Of a DNA stretch of 64,000 nt, positions 25,005-48,400 are shown one piece after another; position 1 is the first letter of the stretch; every line of letters begins with the position of its first letter. The position numbers were made by a program, and so were the translations under genes. Under the pieces are notes generated by a model. It had not been told where the DNA came from, ran no database searches, and saw only the letters and a list, made by a program, of their open reading frames with translations. Origin of the DNA: Phoronis australis (lineage: Eukaryota; Animalia; Phoronida); assembly GCA_002633005.1 (NCBI GenBank), contig NMRA01000155.1, positions 62,001-126,000 of the forward strand. The letters run 5' to 3'.

Positions 25005-27876
25005 TTAATACAGTACGTGGTTTGTAATTCACGACAAATGATATAAACGTTTACGCAACATCGTTTCCCAGTCAATACATGTACACTGTATCTCGGAGAG
25101 ATGAGCCACTACATAATTATTGCCTTTCAACAACGAGGTTTTCAGACCTAAAAAATTGTGATCATTACCGAGGTGTAGCCGAGGTCATGTGAGGGTCAGA
25201 AAACCAAAATATTGACCGAATGTTTAAGTCCTTTTATTTGATTGCATCCGCAAAGGAACTGTCGATTATACTTTGAGAAAGACGCCAGGCGTGCTTCGCA
25301 TATATTCAAGTTGTTTTAATGCAAAACAATCGGCAAAAGCTAGTCAGTGACTGGACTGCGTGTCTGCACGCAGAGCGGGCAGGCGCTATATTCTGCGCAA
25401 ATAACGTGCATTCACTACTTGAACACTTTGGTGGTGGTGCAAAAAATGATTGTTGTGCATAGTTTTTTAGAACACAATGCCTCGTTTAAGCATCAACTTA
25501 AACAACGCAAACGTGAAATACCGCGTGCTTCAAACATGCAGAACCATTTGTAGTTTGGACACAGCACCTCGTTTTCAAAAATAATGGTGAGTTCGGGCAA
25601 GTAGTGGATGGTCTCCTCAACAATATTTAAATCACGTTAAAATACGAAGACTGTCAACTGGCACTGGCCTACCCGGCAGAAGTACTCTGAATCAACAGCA
25701 GGCGAGAGGGCCGCACTGAATGCAATTTGGGCAAAGATGATCTTGGGTAGGCACTAAGCGATGAACGGAGCAAACCCAAAACTAAAATAAGTTTTGACCT
25801 TTTTTACAAACAGACAGAATCCTTAGAAGATAATATTCTTCTTTGCAAAGTTTTGGTGGAAGCTCTCCGTACTTCATACATGCAAAAATGTTGAAAAAGT
25901 ACTTATTTCAAGGTACCTATCTCGACCAGATTTCGTTGATGCAATTGAATTGTGGACCAGACTTAAAAGCCATTGTATACATACAGTAGCACTTTCTAAC
26001 AGACATGGTGTTGCCTAAGAGTAACCTTCAATGTGTCAAAGGCATTGGAGGTCTTTGTAAATACAGTCTACACTGAGTTTTCGTGAACGAATTTTTGGTA
26101 GATTTGGAGCACTGTCCACACAGTCTGTTTGTCCCGTACAAACTTCCTTTAGGCCACGTTAGCTCGAAAAATCTTGTAGAATCACCAGTTTCACCCCAGG
26201 GATTAATGCTATATACAGAACTCTTGTGTTGGAGAGGCTAAACAGACACAAAATGACCTCAGCTAATGTCAGTAACATACGAAAATTACTATAATTCTGT
26301 TCGTAATCATTTTTTCTTTTTATTATAAACAAAATAGTAGTTTATTAAATTTTTATTAGCCTTATGTGAAATACAAGTGACCTGAACAATCCATTACATG
26401 AATGTCAAAAAGTACAAATCTGAACTGAAGACTGGTACTGCAATAGAGTATTCTTTTACCCTCCAAAACCCTCAGAAGTTTGGCGGAAAATTTGCCAAAG
26501 TCTGCCAAAGGAGCATGACGCTTTTGGCAAATATACATGGCAACTGTGTGAAAGACCGCTCACCAAGAACCATAATATCCAGTTTGTGAGCTAGGGAGTA
26601 TGAGTTTTTAGTCGATTCCTGCCTTTATTTTTCACCAATAATACCAAGGATGCATAAACAGGAGACAGACAAGGATTCGTTGAAGTCATCAAAACAGGGT
26701 TAAGTATGCTTTTAACATTACTGGTAGTATTCATTGCAGTACAACACCAGCAGTGTCAAATGGTGTTTTAATACAACAGAGCAATCAATCAACATCTGGG
26801 TAATGAATTGATCAATCATGCAGATGTCCTGGGGGCCCAAAATAAAAGTGTATAAATTGGAAAGTAGATGATATCCGAGCTACAATTCAAGCATGACAAG
26901 ACTTGAGGCAACAGGGTACACAACACAATCAGGCAAACTAATATAAGGAATGGCAAAGATACCCAGCCTTGTCATTCTTGAAATTTAGCAACTAATCCAT
27001 ACTCGCCAACTGTCATGTTTTTTGAGGGTTCGTAATACCATACTCTCACATCATCAAAATGTCCCTCTTTGTAACTGAGTGCAACAGAAACGGTTCTGTC
27101 ACCTTTTTAGGGGTTACGTCACCCGTAATTTCATGTACAAGCAAAAATGTTCTGAAGGATTTCATTCTAGAACGTTGCCAACTGTGTTGATAGCTGACAT
27201 ATTTACCTTTTAAATTAGGAGAGCATGAGAGAATAAGCAAGGTGATAAAGTGGACAAGAATTGGATGAAGTAGAGCACTGTTGAGTAAGATTCAGGTATA
27301 TCCCAAATAAAAGTATTCACCAGCTAAAAACTATGGTCTACAATACAGACAAGGGTGCATCTCATTAATAGCATTACGAAGAGAGTGCAGGGAGTCTAAA
27401 TTGGAGAGAATGTTTTGGACATGGTTAAACAACTGAGAATGTATGAGAAACAACTCAATCAGAGCTGCACTTTGCCCTGTTTAGCTGACAACAAAATGAA
27501 AAATAGAATTAGACTTTTTTACTCCAAGTAAAATCAATCTCCAAAATAAATATTCCTTGCATTTCCATTACCACAAAAATATGAAAATTATCACTGACTC
27601 AAGACAATGCTTGAGTGTTCATTGGGGTTGGCCAACCATAAAAGTGAGAATTCAAAAATGGCGCATGCACGCATTTCTTGTGACTTGAGCCAGTAACAGA
27701 AATAAAATCCTAAAATCGTAAGCAATATTATGAGACTAAAGAGATCAAAGGACTAATTTGATTTCCGTATTTTTACCAGCTAAACAGGATGAAAGTCAAC
27801 ATTAGCAAACAATTAATGAGGACAACAACAGATATTGTTCCCTGAAATATCACAATTATTCAATACATTTCAACAG

Positions 27877-36276
<8,400 letters not shown>

Positions 36277-38318
36277 TATGGGTTCTGCAATCAGAAATAT
36301 GCCCCAACCTCGGGGATGAACCAAGGAACACCAAACAGCTGTGCAGTAGACGTACCGCGGACGGAACAGACAGACAAATTGATTCATATGCAGCGTCCTC
36401 TTTCGGTATTTATTGCTTCTACAACTAGACTAGCCCGGCTGCCGGAGTTTTCTGCAGAATGGATAATATATTTACCTCTTTGTTTCTGCGGACAATCAAC
36501 ACTGTTGCCAGCGCGCAAACTGATACCTGGAGAGACAACACGCACCATAGTCAAATCTGGAATGAGTTTAGGAAAAATCGGCTTGTTTCCGCCGATCGAG
36601 GCGGGCACTCCCTTGGGCTCCGGTCAGTGACCAAGGGCACTCTGAAACGTGCCAACTTTTGTAGTGTAAACTGCACTTTCGTTGTAATGATAGTCATTCG
36701 AGTGATTTCGTGATCCCAATATATGTCGTGCGAGAATAAACACTTTTACGACAAAGCTTATTACATGTGTACTTTAGAACAAGTCCATCGGCTTTTCAAA
36801 GCATGCAAATGACTGTTGGAGTTACCCGAAACTTGTACTCCTCATCGGATTTTCCAAGAATGCAAACAGTTACCGAAAATACATGTACGCGCCCATGGGC
36901 GTACTTTTACATTTTTTCCCGAATATACGCCCACGGGACATATTTTTGAAAATTCCGACTGTCTTGACATGCCTGCAAGCCAATGAGCATATTAACATAT
37001 ATTGGGAACAGGATGGAAATGTTCTACCAACGTACAGTACAATGTTTGATCTTTCTTCAGTTACTGGCATTATTATAGTTGAAAGGAAAATAAATAAGTT
37101 AACAGCGGTGTGTGCGGCCAATTGAAAGTTTGACTCACCTTTTATAGGAATCGCCAGCAGTCACTTCAGATTACTGAATACACGCTCACTGAAATTCATA
37201 TCAGGGCCCTTTGTTTTAAAGGTGTTGGGTCTGTCTCGAGAAACAACAAATTAGGGAAATATTTAGGAAGCACTCGTGTAAGACAATTTCTTCCTTAAAT
37301 AGACCTGATCTTTTAAATAAGTCTAGGGAATTCCCATATTTGGAAGCACGCGGGGTTTATAAACTTTGCCGTGGAATGTTTACGTCCTCTTGAAGTGGTG
37401 TTATCTTTAAAGAAACAATAATCAAAGCTATTTCTACGGATGTTATCGCTCTAACTTGTTTTACGTTACACCGTGTAATTATTTCTGTTTCACATTATGC
37501 ATCCATATCACAGGTCATAATCTTGTTCTTAATATCAAAAGCTCTGCAGGTGAATTCTTGGAAATTTATGTTTGTTTAGCTGAAAAACATAATGTGATCG
37601 ATATTCTGCGCTTCGCATGGTCTTGTTGCAGGTATCTTTGGTCTAATTATTGTATACATTTTGCGTTGTTTCGTTCCTCTAACCCAGTTTGTTTTGTTAT
37701 CTACCTGATTCTTTTGTTAGGCAGTTGCCACAAAGTTGTTTTTTAACTCTTGTTATTTATCCATAACCTTGCTAGCTTTTTTATGTTTCCGTTTTCTAAT
37801 TCTCACTTACGCCACGCATGCCACATTATTATTTTGTATCCAGTTTTCCACCATTCGCCAATTGTGAGCTAATTAAAACCTGGCAGTTGTTTCAACACAT
37901 GGGCAAACATACCCAGTACCTCTCCAATATAGCGCTAGGAGTCAAGGGTGGAAGCCGATACTCAGTTTTCCTAGACAGGTATATTGGTTAGTGAAAGCCA
38001 AAGCGGAAAAAATCCAGGACAAAAATTTTCTGTTCAAGACTAAACTGAATTTTCTCCAGGACCAAAAATATACTCAAAACCGAAAATGATCGATCGCGCC
38101 AGGGCCTTTAATTTATAACGTAAGGACCAAAGTTTAACACGTCAGGACTAAAATTTATCACGCCAGGGAACAAAATTTGTTATGTCAGGAAAATTTCACA
38201 CATGAGAAAAATTTGACGTCGGGGAAATTTCATTCCAGGAGACTGCGTGACCATCCACCACCAAGCATTTGGAGTCAAGGTTGGAAGCCGTATGTGTATT
38301 GGTCTCTGCCGTCATTAT

Positions 38319-39225
38319 CAGCCGATTTCATGAAGGTGGTTTAACAAAACCAGGTTAAATTAAAATTAGACCAGGTTTAGGAAGACCAGGTTTAAGTCTT
38401 AAACCTGGTCTTCCTAAACCTGGTCTAATTTTAGTAGTTGGACGATTTTGACGAATCAAAAACTAAATATGATCAGCATTTGACTAGGAATTCAGACATG
38501 CTATTGGTTTATGTTCAAATATGTTATAACTTAACTTTTGTCTTTAATAGCTAGCACAGTCCAGTCAGGCTAGATACGATCTTATTGGAGATTAGAGCAA
38601 TTATCGAACAAAAGTGAGCTGTCCTTCCAACCATAAATGCCAGAATGGATTTAATCAGTCGTGTAAGGTATTAATTTGGCTATAGGGGTCATCTTCCCAA
38701 CTTGTTGTTGGGCTATAGAATCCAACAAGTTGGGATCAACGGGCAAACGCCGTAATGCTTGATTTTAGTGATATCAAATCTATAATTTTCAAATTGTTGA
38801 CTTGGTCCCCCTTTTAAAAAATCCTGAATCCGCCCCTGCTACGTTTGATCTTGTGTCGTCGTAAAACTGAATATTGAAAATAGTCCATTCTTGCTCTAAA
38901 ACTGCGTCGTAAATGCACACCGCGGCATCATTCAGTTGCACCTACATGTACATCATGCAAGTCTGACATATTTTAAATCAGTATTGAACCTGGGTTTGAC
39001 CCAAGTCCAAAGTTAAACCTGGTTTCAGATCTTAATGCAGGTCTAAGGAAAATAGACCTCGTTGGTGTAATGAAAACTGACTTGGACCAGGACTAAACTG
39101 GAGTTAAACCAGGTTTTTCTAGAGTTAAGTTAAACCACCTTTATGAAATGCAGATTATCTTTAAACCTGGTCTAAGTCCAGTTTAAACCAGGTTTAACTT
39201 TAAACCACCTTTATGAAATCGTCTG
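38319..39225. mobile_element. MITE (Harbinger-like) with internal AAACCTGGT repeats and a 73-bp perfect palindrome
   Basis: TIR CAGCCGATTTCATGAAGGTGGTTTAA vs TTAAACCACCTTTATGAAATCGTCTG. Contains the right end of a CAGGGGCGGATCCAGG MITE near 38838. Confidence 0.7.
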
Positions 39226-42200
39226 CATATGGATAAGTGTTAGCCCCAGTCACTCGCTCTTGCAACCGACACGGAAGGCCGCATGACTAAATGAAACGTC
39301 AGAACAGTTTCAAACTGATGTTTAGAAAGTGTGCAATTAATAAGAAAACCCCAAAAGTAAAAAACGTGGCAACTTTGCCATAGGCCCCACACGTGATCAT
39401 ATTGAGTAATAGCCTACAAAACCGAAATGTGACAAAAGCATTTATTTATTTATTATTTATTTATTAATGTAACATTTACAATGAGGGCAGTACATGATTT
39501 TTCAAGATATCTTCTTCTTGAATTACTGAATAATTGTCCGAAATTACCCCCACCGATCTCAGAAAAAAAGTTGTTCCCATCTACTAAGTCAGCTAACGTA
39601 CGTTATAGAATTACACTGTACGTGTCAGTTAACAGAATTACATAAGTATGCGCAAAGTGCCTTATGCCCACATCTCCTTGTTCCCTTTGTGGAGTGCGGC
39701 GCTTACATGAACCAGCTCAGGTAGCGAAATGTCAGACTTGTCGTGGACTGTTATTTTATGCCCCAGGCACGGACTCAAGGAATACCGAAATATTAGTTTA
39801 TCATAAGATCTATCAGCTTCTTGGCCTCTGACGCGAGCTATCATATCCATTCTATTTACACGGATCTTCACGTGGAGCTAAAAATAGCTCTGCAGGTCAA
39901 GTCACCTCAGATAACTGTGGGCCTCAGGGCATCGTGTTCTAAATCCTACTACCAGATATAGTATAACCTGTGATTGCCAGGAAGCCACTGATGCACTTAA
40001 TACATGGAGCGGAGCTACAAGTAGCAGGGGGAGACGGATTGTCTGACTTGGTGTCTCGGATGGAAGCAGTATAACCTCTTAACAGGCAATTCCCCTTTAG
40101 AACCCATGTTGCCATTGCGCATTAGGCATCAGAGTGGTCAAACTCTAACAGTTTATCTAAATTATAGTACACACCCTGAAACTCCCAATTAGACGCGTGC
40201 ACTAAAACCACTAATCTGCTTTTAATAAAAACTAAAATAGGGCAAATCTTGAGTGTAAAGGCATTTTTTTCAAAGAGCAACAGGGAAAAGTCATTTTATT
40301 TAAACACCACAAAATGAAATAATAACAACTTCAGAGAGCACAATCATGCACATATAGCTAGAAATGACGCTTTGATCCTAATGATAAAAATTTTCGCACA
40401 AAAATAAAATGGCATATTATGCCACCTAACAGCATATCACTGTTAAAGAGAAGAGTTATATTAGTAGCTATTTAAAATACTGTGAGGTCACACATAAGAA
40501 TTAGTGAGATACACCATTGTCCGTTATACACACGCTAACTATTATCAGGACAACTAACTCTCGAGTAATTGTTTTTGTGGTCAAGATCAACTGGCAGTAC
40601 GAAATTCGTTAATCATGTCCACAAACTTTCCAGTGGCCTCCAGAGGGCCCTAGTCGCACAGAAATTCCTCTTAACAAACATGACCTACTGGAACTACAGC
40701 TAGTGAACAAGTGATCCCTGATCACCAAATTACAATACACAATAGACAAACCTGTTACTGAAACAGGACTACCACAGCCATACAGAAACTATAAGATAAA
40801 CATCAATTTAAACTCTTGTTACTAAAACAAAAAATGAAAGACCCAGTTAGCTAATAATAAAATTAAATAGCTGACATTTGCCAAATACATAATTATACAC
40901 AGACAGTCAACAAAATATTTGTTCATATTTTCAGATAGAAGTAAACAAACCCTAGATCAGCATTTTAATTTTTGTAACCAGAAAATAAGCTTTTTTCATA
41001 AAATGCAATTTTGAAATGTCGCAAAAAATCAATTTAATCACAAACTATAAGGGGACTTTTACATTATAATCTAAATGATGAAACTCTTTCCTAGCTTGTT
41101 ATGTTCTTATCAAAAACACATTCATCACCATGTGTTTTTGCAAGACATTTAGTCCTACACAACTCACCTGAATGTGTGTTGTAAAAGTGTATATAACTTA
41201 ATCATCTACACAACAAAAACAACAGTAGATGTCTCTAGAAGCATACCAGAAATTTAAGCAAAACTCAATTTTAAAATCTCCAGTTACCAACAAGAAGAAT
41301 TACACAGAATAGCTACAACATAATTTTGCCAAACACTCATCTATCTGAGCAGCTTAGGTGGATGACAAAAAGTTTGGCAAGAATTGTACTGCCCACTCAA
41401 ATGACAGCATGAGACAGGCTCCCCTACAATATGGCAAACACTGACATTTAGCGATAGTGTACCAGAACAGTAGGGACAATTCAAATTTTGAACAATATGT
41501 TAAGTTTGTATGCCCAAAACTAATTAACCACCTGATTACATTTATACTATTAGAAGGCTCCAAATGTTGCAGAACACACTTATTGACTAGGTTTGCATTC
41601 ATGCAAGAGCAACGCTGGGGCATTGACATACGCCCACAGTGCATAGCAAGCCTTATGTTTCCAGTGGTTAATAAGGTGCTGCAGTAGTCTAATATCCCCA
41701 AAAATAACATGATGTCAGTGGGTTGTCATCACACACCTCTCGGTCACTTTTCACTGAAATCTAACAATTGGTTTTCTAGATATTGTCCGGATTCAAGACA
41801 ATCCTCCGTTTGACTCGATTGATGTCACTTCAACTTATGCAAAACCTGATCACCCAAATATTCAATTGACAAAGTCACCTCAAAGGAAAAACTGTCTATT
41901 TAGATACTGTATGACTGACCACACAAAAAATAAGCTATCCAGGGCTCACCTCACCTGAGGGGGATAGGGATACTTTTGTCATGCAAGCACAACTGGGGCT
42001 CATTACTTAATCCTTACTAGTGAACACGGTTAAAAAAAAAACAAAATGCACTTAAAGCTTCAGCTCAACACATCTTCACAGTGCTCAAGACAGAAGACAC
42101 TGAGATTGGCTTTTAAACAGATTTTGACAAATGCACCAAGACCTTTAACTTACAACCAACTTCAGCTTAATACTTAAAAATTTCATGTTGCCTTTTCAAC

Positions 42201-42271
42201 AACTCTAAGACTTGCACTTGAAAACTTTACCAAGTTCTTTGTCATCTCCACCAATCCCAGTCCTCTCGCAA

Positions 42272-42462
42272 TCAGTCACCACACGGTGCTTCAGTTCCAT
42301 TGCACATTGGTTGTGAACTGTATACTTCATCCTCTTCAGGGAATGAACTGAAGCTGGCCTCAGACTGAGAATGCGGCATTACGGCCGGAGGAATGACTTC
42401 AATGGTATAGAATACTTTTTTCTGTTTCATCCAACTGTATGTGTTGTCAAACCTGAGTATGT
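42272..42462 (-). CDS. SEC14L2: SEC14L last exon (end of GOLD domain plus acidic tail)
   Basis: (Y)[25 protein letters not shown]...EAPCGD*. Confidence 0.93.
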
Positions 42463-45400
42463 CTGCAAAGACAAAAAAGATCAAATTTTAATAGCAATTA
42501 TAACACTGATTCTGACCATAACTTTGTTAACTTTAATAGCAACAGAAACATTATGAGGGTAATCTGAAGAAGATGGGGTTGGCATAAGTTAAAGTATTGC
42601 TTAACTATGTTGTTACCATTAGCTGCCAACATACACAGTAGGGTACAATAGTGTAATTTAGTTCTATTTTCACAAACCTCAAGTATCAGGGCTTAGAAAG
42701 ACCAATGAAAAAAGAGGAAAATTTTCCAGGTGACATCATTTAAAGGAAATAACATAATATCAATTGAAAGTAAAATGTTGACTTTTACTATAGGACTGGC
42801 CTCTGACATAGTCCAGGAAAATGATAACATCAATCTATTTCTGTCATGACCCCATCATGACCCCATCATGAAAAAAATCCTACGTTGACACCCCAACCAG
42901 TCGAGATTGAGCAATTTCACCAGTTTGCACAACTCAGAATCTTCCAATTTAGAACAAAGACATCCCGCTGTTTTGGTTAATCAATCGCCTCAGACTGCTA
43001 ATGCTATCGTTCTCTAGATAACGAGACAATCATAAACACATTGGGAGAAACGACAGTATGTTTAAATTTCGGTTTTGAAAGTGTAAATAGCATAATTATG
43101 TAACTATTTAAATAGTTAGTGAAAAGCACATGTGATTAGGTTTTTGAATTTTGAAAACTGGACAAGAAATGTGACTTTTAAAACCTAAAACATTTGTTTA
43201 ATTTTGCAATAAAATGTTCTTCATTAACTCTGTTTGGTGTGCAACACATTTGGGCCAATTATCAAACCACAAGGCAGCAGTTGGGTTTTGAGGTAAGCCA
43301 AGTGTTATACAATTCTTGGCATGAAATCTATGGCTACGGAATGATCGTACAACTTACATGTTCCAGCATGGCTACATGTGACCATGCCATCTTCAGGGAC
43401 AAGGTGACTGTTGACCCTTGAACTCTGGAGTATAACCTCCATTTCATTTACCTTCAGTCGACCCGCTCCAGGCGGTGTGTAGTAGACAGCATAGGCAATG
43501 TCATTGTACTCAGTGCGGAACGACCACCTGAGGGTCAGATGAATTTAGAAGTGAGACACAGCAAGGTAAAAATGTATGCAATTTAAAGCTAAGATAAAAC
43601 AAACTAAAGATGGTTCAACATGAAAAATAGTCGGTGAGCTTCACCCAAGACATAGCACAATGACAGAGTTCAAGTGTATTAGCTCTGCTATTTCAGAAAT
43701 GAAATAGAAGACAAATTAATGCAAAATTAAAACAAAAATGGGCTCGCAGCTGAAATACACACCAGTCTCATAACAACTGGCATGGTGCTTTTGAGCCTGG
43801 GATACATAAAAACAACTTGTTTTATAGTGAAAATGAAGGGAATTTAATCTTGCATGGGTGTGATTTTGGACCCTTGCCATGTTTCTTTGTAAAAGTGACG
43901 AGAGCAACGTAAAGCATCCATCGTGTGCATTGCAAATGGTAAAGGGTGACCACTTTTTCAAATATTTCCACTGCAGTCAGATAAGCCTGAAATTCAGCGT
44001 CAGTTGTGCAGGCTCTCCTCATTAGGAACAAGTAGGACACGTTTTATGAAGAAACATATATTACGGCAGGAACAATGAAAAATTGTCACAAGGCCACACC
44101 ACAGCAGTCAGACACAGAGGAAAAGATAAAAAAATATAATTGCCACTAGAGCGCACAGCAGTGGACGGATTGGTCTGAAAGTCATCGTTAGCCGCTATCA
44201 TATCCTTAACACATCTGCATAATTTCACAACGATCCTCCAAAGAGTTACGGAGACACAGCCAAGGACAAAACAAAATTGCCACTAGGGGCCACCAGAGTA
44301 ATAGAACCATCCATAGGTCTTCTTGTAAGGAACACACCTGTCATTTTCACAATGGTAAGGATGGAAAAAGGCCACGTATCACATGATACGGACATGAATT
44401 TGTGCAAAAAGTCATGAATAGAAATACAAATGCTACCTGACCACACTGCCAACTGTGTCAACCTTGACCTCAGCACGATGAGACGATGCTCTGGGTACAA
44501 CCGCTGACGTCATATTTTTGGGATCCATGAAATGGTTTGCAGACAAGTAGTATGACTTGGGCACCTCTCCTCCAAAACAAACCTGAAACATCCACACAAC
44601 ATTAGACTAAGTGCTTTTAAGCATTAAAATGTCTGCTGGGGAACGTACTAGCAAAGATGGCTGCAGATGTTGCACGTTGGAAACTAGAATTATTCTTCAC
44701 CATACACACAAAATAGTCTTCATAGTCTTCATGGAAATCACTCAATGTTTTACAAGGGTGTGGACGGGTACGCAACATTACCGCTAGTGTTAAACTTCAC
44801 ATGGTTGTAACTGCTACACGATTACCTGGAAGTACACAACCTGGAGTCACTGCCACATACGAGTACAACAGTGACCTGATTAAGTACGAGTCGTGACTGT
44901 TTACAATAACACGTACCATAGTTTGACACTTTGGGTCATTGTTGGAGTCCAACATGGTGCCACCAAGATAGACTGGTAACTGATCAGCATCTATAGCCTT
45001 CAGCACGTGTTCCAAGTAGTCTCCTACAGAAGCATATAACAACAAAATGTACATTTAAAATCACTTCCATATTATACTTTTCACAAATGGCAACAATTAA
45101 AACGAAAACCATTATATGTGTTGCAATTTTACAGCACGAGTCATTGATTGGCAACCACAAAAATGCCGAAGCTTATCTGCATAAACTTAAATGCCTCACG
45201 ACAATTCCAAAATGCATCGACTACCTAACATCTTGGTACCTGTTAATGGTGAAACCATTAAAAGTTGACCTAGTTAATCTAACCTCAGGATGAATTTATG
45301 AAAATGCACAGAAGGATGAACACTGATCTGGAATTCTGGCAGAGAAGGCTACCACACTGCAAGGTCAACTGAATTCCCACTTTAAAAATAGCTTTGAAAG

Positions 45401-48400
45401 TTTAATGAGCAATACTAAACCCAGAAAGTGCACCCATGCCTCAGTCTGCTCCCAACAACCCAACAAGACCATGAACATAATTCGCTGATAAACTGTGGAA
45501 TCGAACTAGTTCAACGTCTACAATCAGAGATAAATGGAGGTTCCAGGATTTCTACCACTGTGTTCTTGGTCAGGCTTATGGGTGGTATTTTGGAGTGCCA
45601 AAGCGTCGCAAAACTGTTTTTGTTGTTTGAAATTGCAGATTTTGCCCCAAAAAGCCTACACAGTATTGTTTGAATCAAAATAGTTGCATTCATACATAAA
45701 GGAGAATGCCACCAAAAAGCAACATATTGTGCATCAGGTTAGATCGAGTAGTTCCTGACACTAGATGGCAGACTGGTGGAGAAATTATTCGATGACGTCA
45801 GTAGATCTGTTGGGCTGTTCATAAGATGCTTATTACTGATGTCAGCTTATCACCAAGTTGGGTTGCGGTAAGTTTGATCTGTTCAGAGATGAATTAGGAT
45901 TATTTTTCTATGAAATGCCAATAGGTGAGCATAGCCGTGTGTTGTAATTTTAGATTTGCAAACGTGAATATTTTGATGAATTGGCTGCAAAATTGTAAAA
46001 TCCAGATTCCCCTTCTACAGAATCCATCAAGTCAAAAGTTGTAATGCAGTACCATAACATTTGCAGTCACGAACACTCAAAACGCATAACAAATTGTATA
46101 TACTGAGAGAAAGACTAACACTTTGTTTGAGTTTTATATAAACATTGGTGAGGGTGAGAATATATTTCATTTTGAAACAGAACGTACAACAATAAAGGGC
46201 AACATGGCAAGTTACAATCCTGACTTTGAATATCGAGTACTCGTCCAATTAAGATTTCACAGGTGGATCGTTAGGCTATGAGTTTGAATCAGAATGCACT
46301 GATCAAGATATACCAAAGTGGTACTGTAAACGTAGACAGCCAACAGAACACATGGATAGTTCCAAAACTGATTGAATGATTTGTCATGGTGTCAGTGTGC
46401 CAACTGCATGATAATGGAAATGACTGATGTCATCAGATGCTGTTCACAACAGACATTTTAATGTTTACATGCCTCACTGTTTTGAGCTGATACAGGAAAC
46501 AAAACGCCTCTCAGAGAAAAGAAATGTCTAGGTAAACATTAAATTTTGAATTATGGTTGTTTTTAGTTATATCAGTGACAATTTAGTTTAAAATATTTGA
46601 GCAACACGTTCATAAAAAAATGTAAACTTAGAGTTCCGCTAAGTGAAATGGCCAACCAAAACTCAAAACACGGCCTGCTGCCTTCGAGCTTGTCCAATAC
46701 TGATCCACATTTCTTTGTCTCCTGCCTGCCGAACTCAAACACACTAGGCACAGGATCTGACTTCAGCTTTAGTCTCTTTATCTGACCTGCCATGAGCTGT
46801 TTGGTGAGACGACATTTGTCAGTGAAATCACTGTCCACCAAATGCCGGCCACAGACACGGAGATCTATGACGGCCTCATACTTGGAATTGACATGTAATC
46901 CCATTTTTTGCACCAGGAGCCACTTCCAAAGCATTTCCGGTTCTGGAGGAAATCGAAAAAAACAAAATACCACTTTTCTCGCAGCTTCAGGGTTTGCGCA
47001 AGTGGAAGGATACACCACACCAACGTGGCATGCACTCAGCTGAAGATCCATTAACATCACTGCCTTGTGTACTCACCGGTTAACGTGGCATTTCTTGGTT
47101 AAGTAAGATCAACCGTATACGAGGTGATGTGGATATAGACCAACTAAAAGGTTATAAATAATTAATTTGGGTGGCATTCTCCTTTAAAGTCACGAGGTTT
47201 AGAAAACAAAATTTCAATGGTAAGTCACTTTCAACGACCATAATTTGGATATTCTGAAATTTATACTCCTAAAGCCTAATAAAGGTTTAATCTAGTGTGA
47301 CGCAACGGAAACATAAAAACAAAATGATCAGTAAAAATAAAACTTACTTCCATAAACCTTAACCTTTCCAACAGTTCGCTCACTCAAGAAAGGACGGATG
47401 ATTTTGTAAGCTACTGGAAAGAACCTCGGAGCTGCAAAGCAATACAGATTACGTTTTTTTTTCACACGCAGCAACAGAAGAGCTGTTCTAAAAGATGATT
47501 TTCAGACTGTTCTCAACAATACGAACAGACACTAGTGACCAGTGTGTAGAACCTCGTTAAAACATACCCAGTTTAGAACTTAAACAAATGCTAAAACGCA
47601 GAAACATCCAAGACCAGGTAACATCTAACATACGTAAGTCTATCCCGATTACAATGAATTGCTGTACACAACTCAAAGGTGCGTTGGCATGTACGTTATA
47701 AAGGTATCTGAGAAAATATATCATCTACTAGGCACACTTTAAGCCTTGAAATGTTTTGCAAAGGTACATCAGGTCTGCTCACAGTTATCACCATGTTCAC
47801 AAGTGTGCAAAGTGTAATACTTTCCAGAGAAAGAGGGCAGTGGTTTGCAGCAAGTATACACTTGCGACAGCATAAAATGGTGATGCAAAAAGACAACTTC
47901 CAATGTCTTTAATTATTGTTTTCCAATCAAATGCAAAGAATTCTTAGCAAAACAAGGTTTTATTTTACAAAAAGTGTCAACAACTGTTATGAGTACCTTC
48001 GACCAATTATGAATTAGCAACTAATTATGCTATAAGGGTTTCCTTGGAAACAAGATTTTTTACTAACATGCCAGTATCTTGTACTAATATGCTGGTACAT
48101 GTATCTAAATTGTAAATCCCTTTCAATCATACATACCGTTGATAACATAGTTTGCCTTCAGAGTCTCCGGATAATTATCTTCAAACATTTTCAAAATATC
48201 ACAGAATACGTCCATCCCTAGAGAAATAAGAAATTGTTTAATCTGATGAAAACTGGCAAGTGGATGCAAGTGGCAGCCATAATGAGAAGGGGTTATTAAG
48301 AAAAAATGACACAATGCAAACACAGAATAGACACAGTGTAACAAAAAATATTCTTTAACATGTCTGACACCAAAAATTAAAAACATTCAAAAGCAAATCA

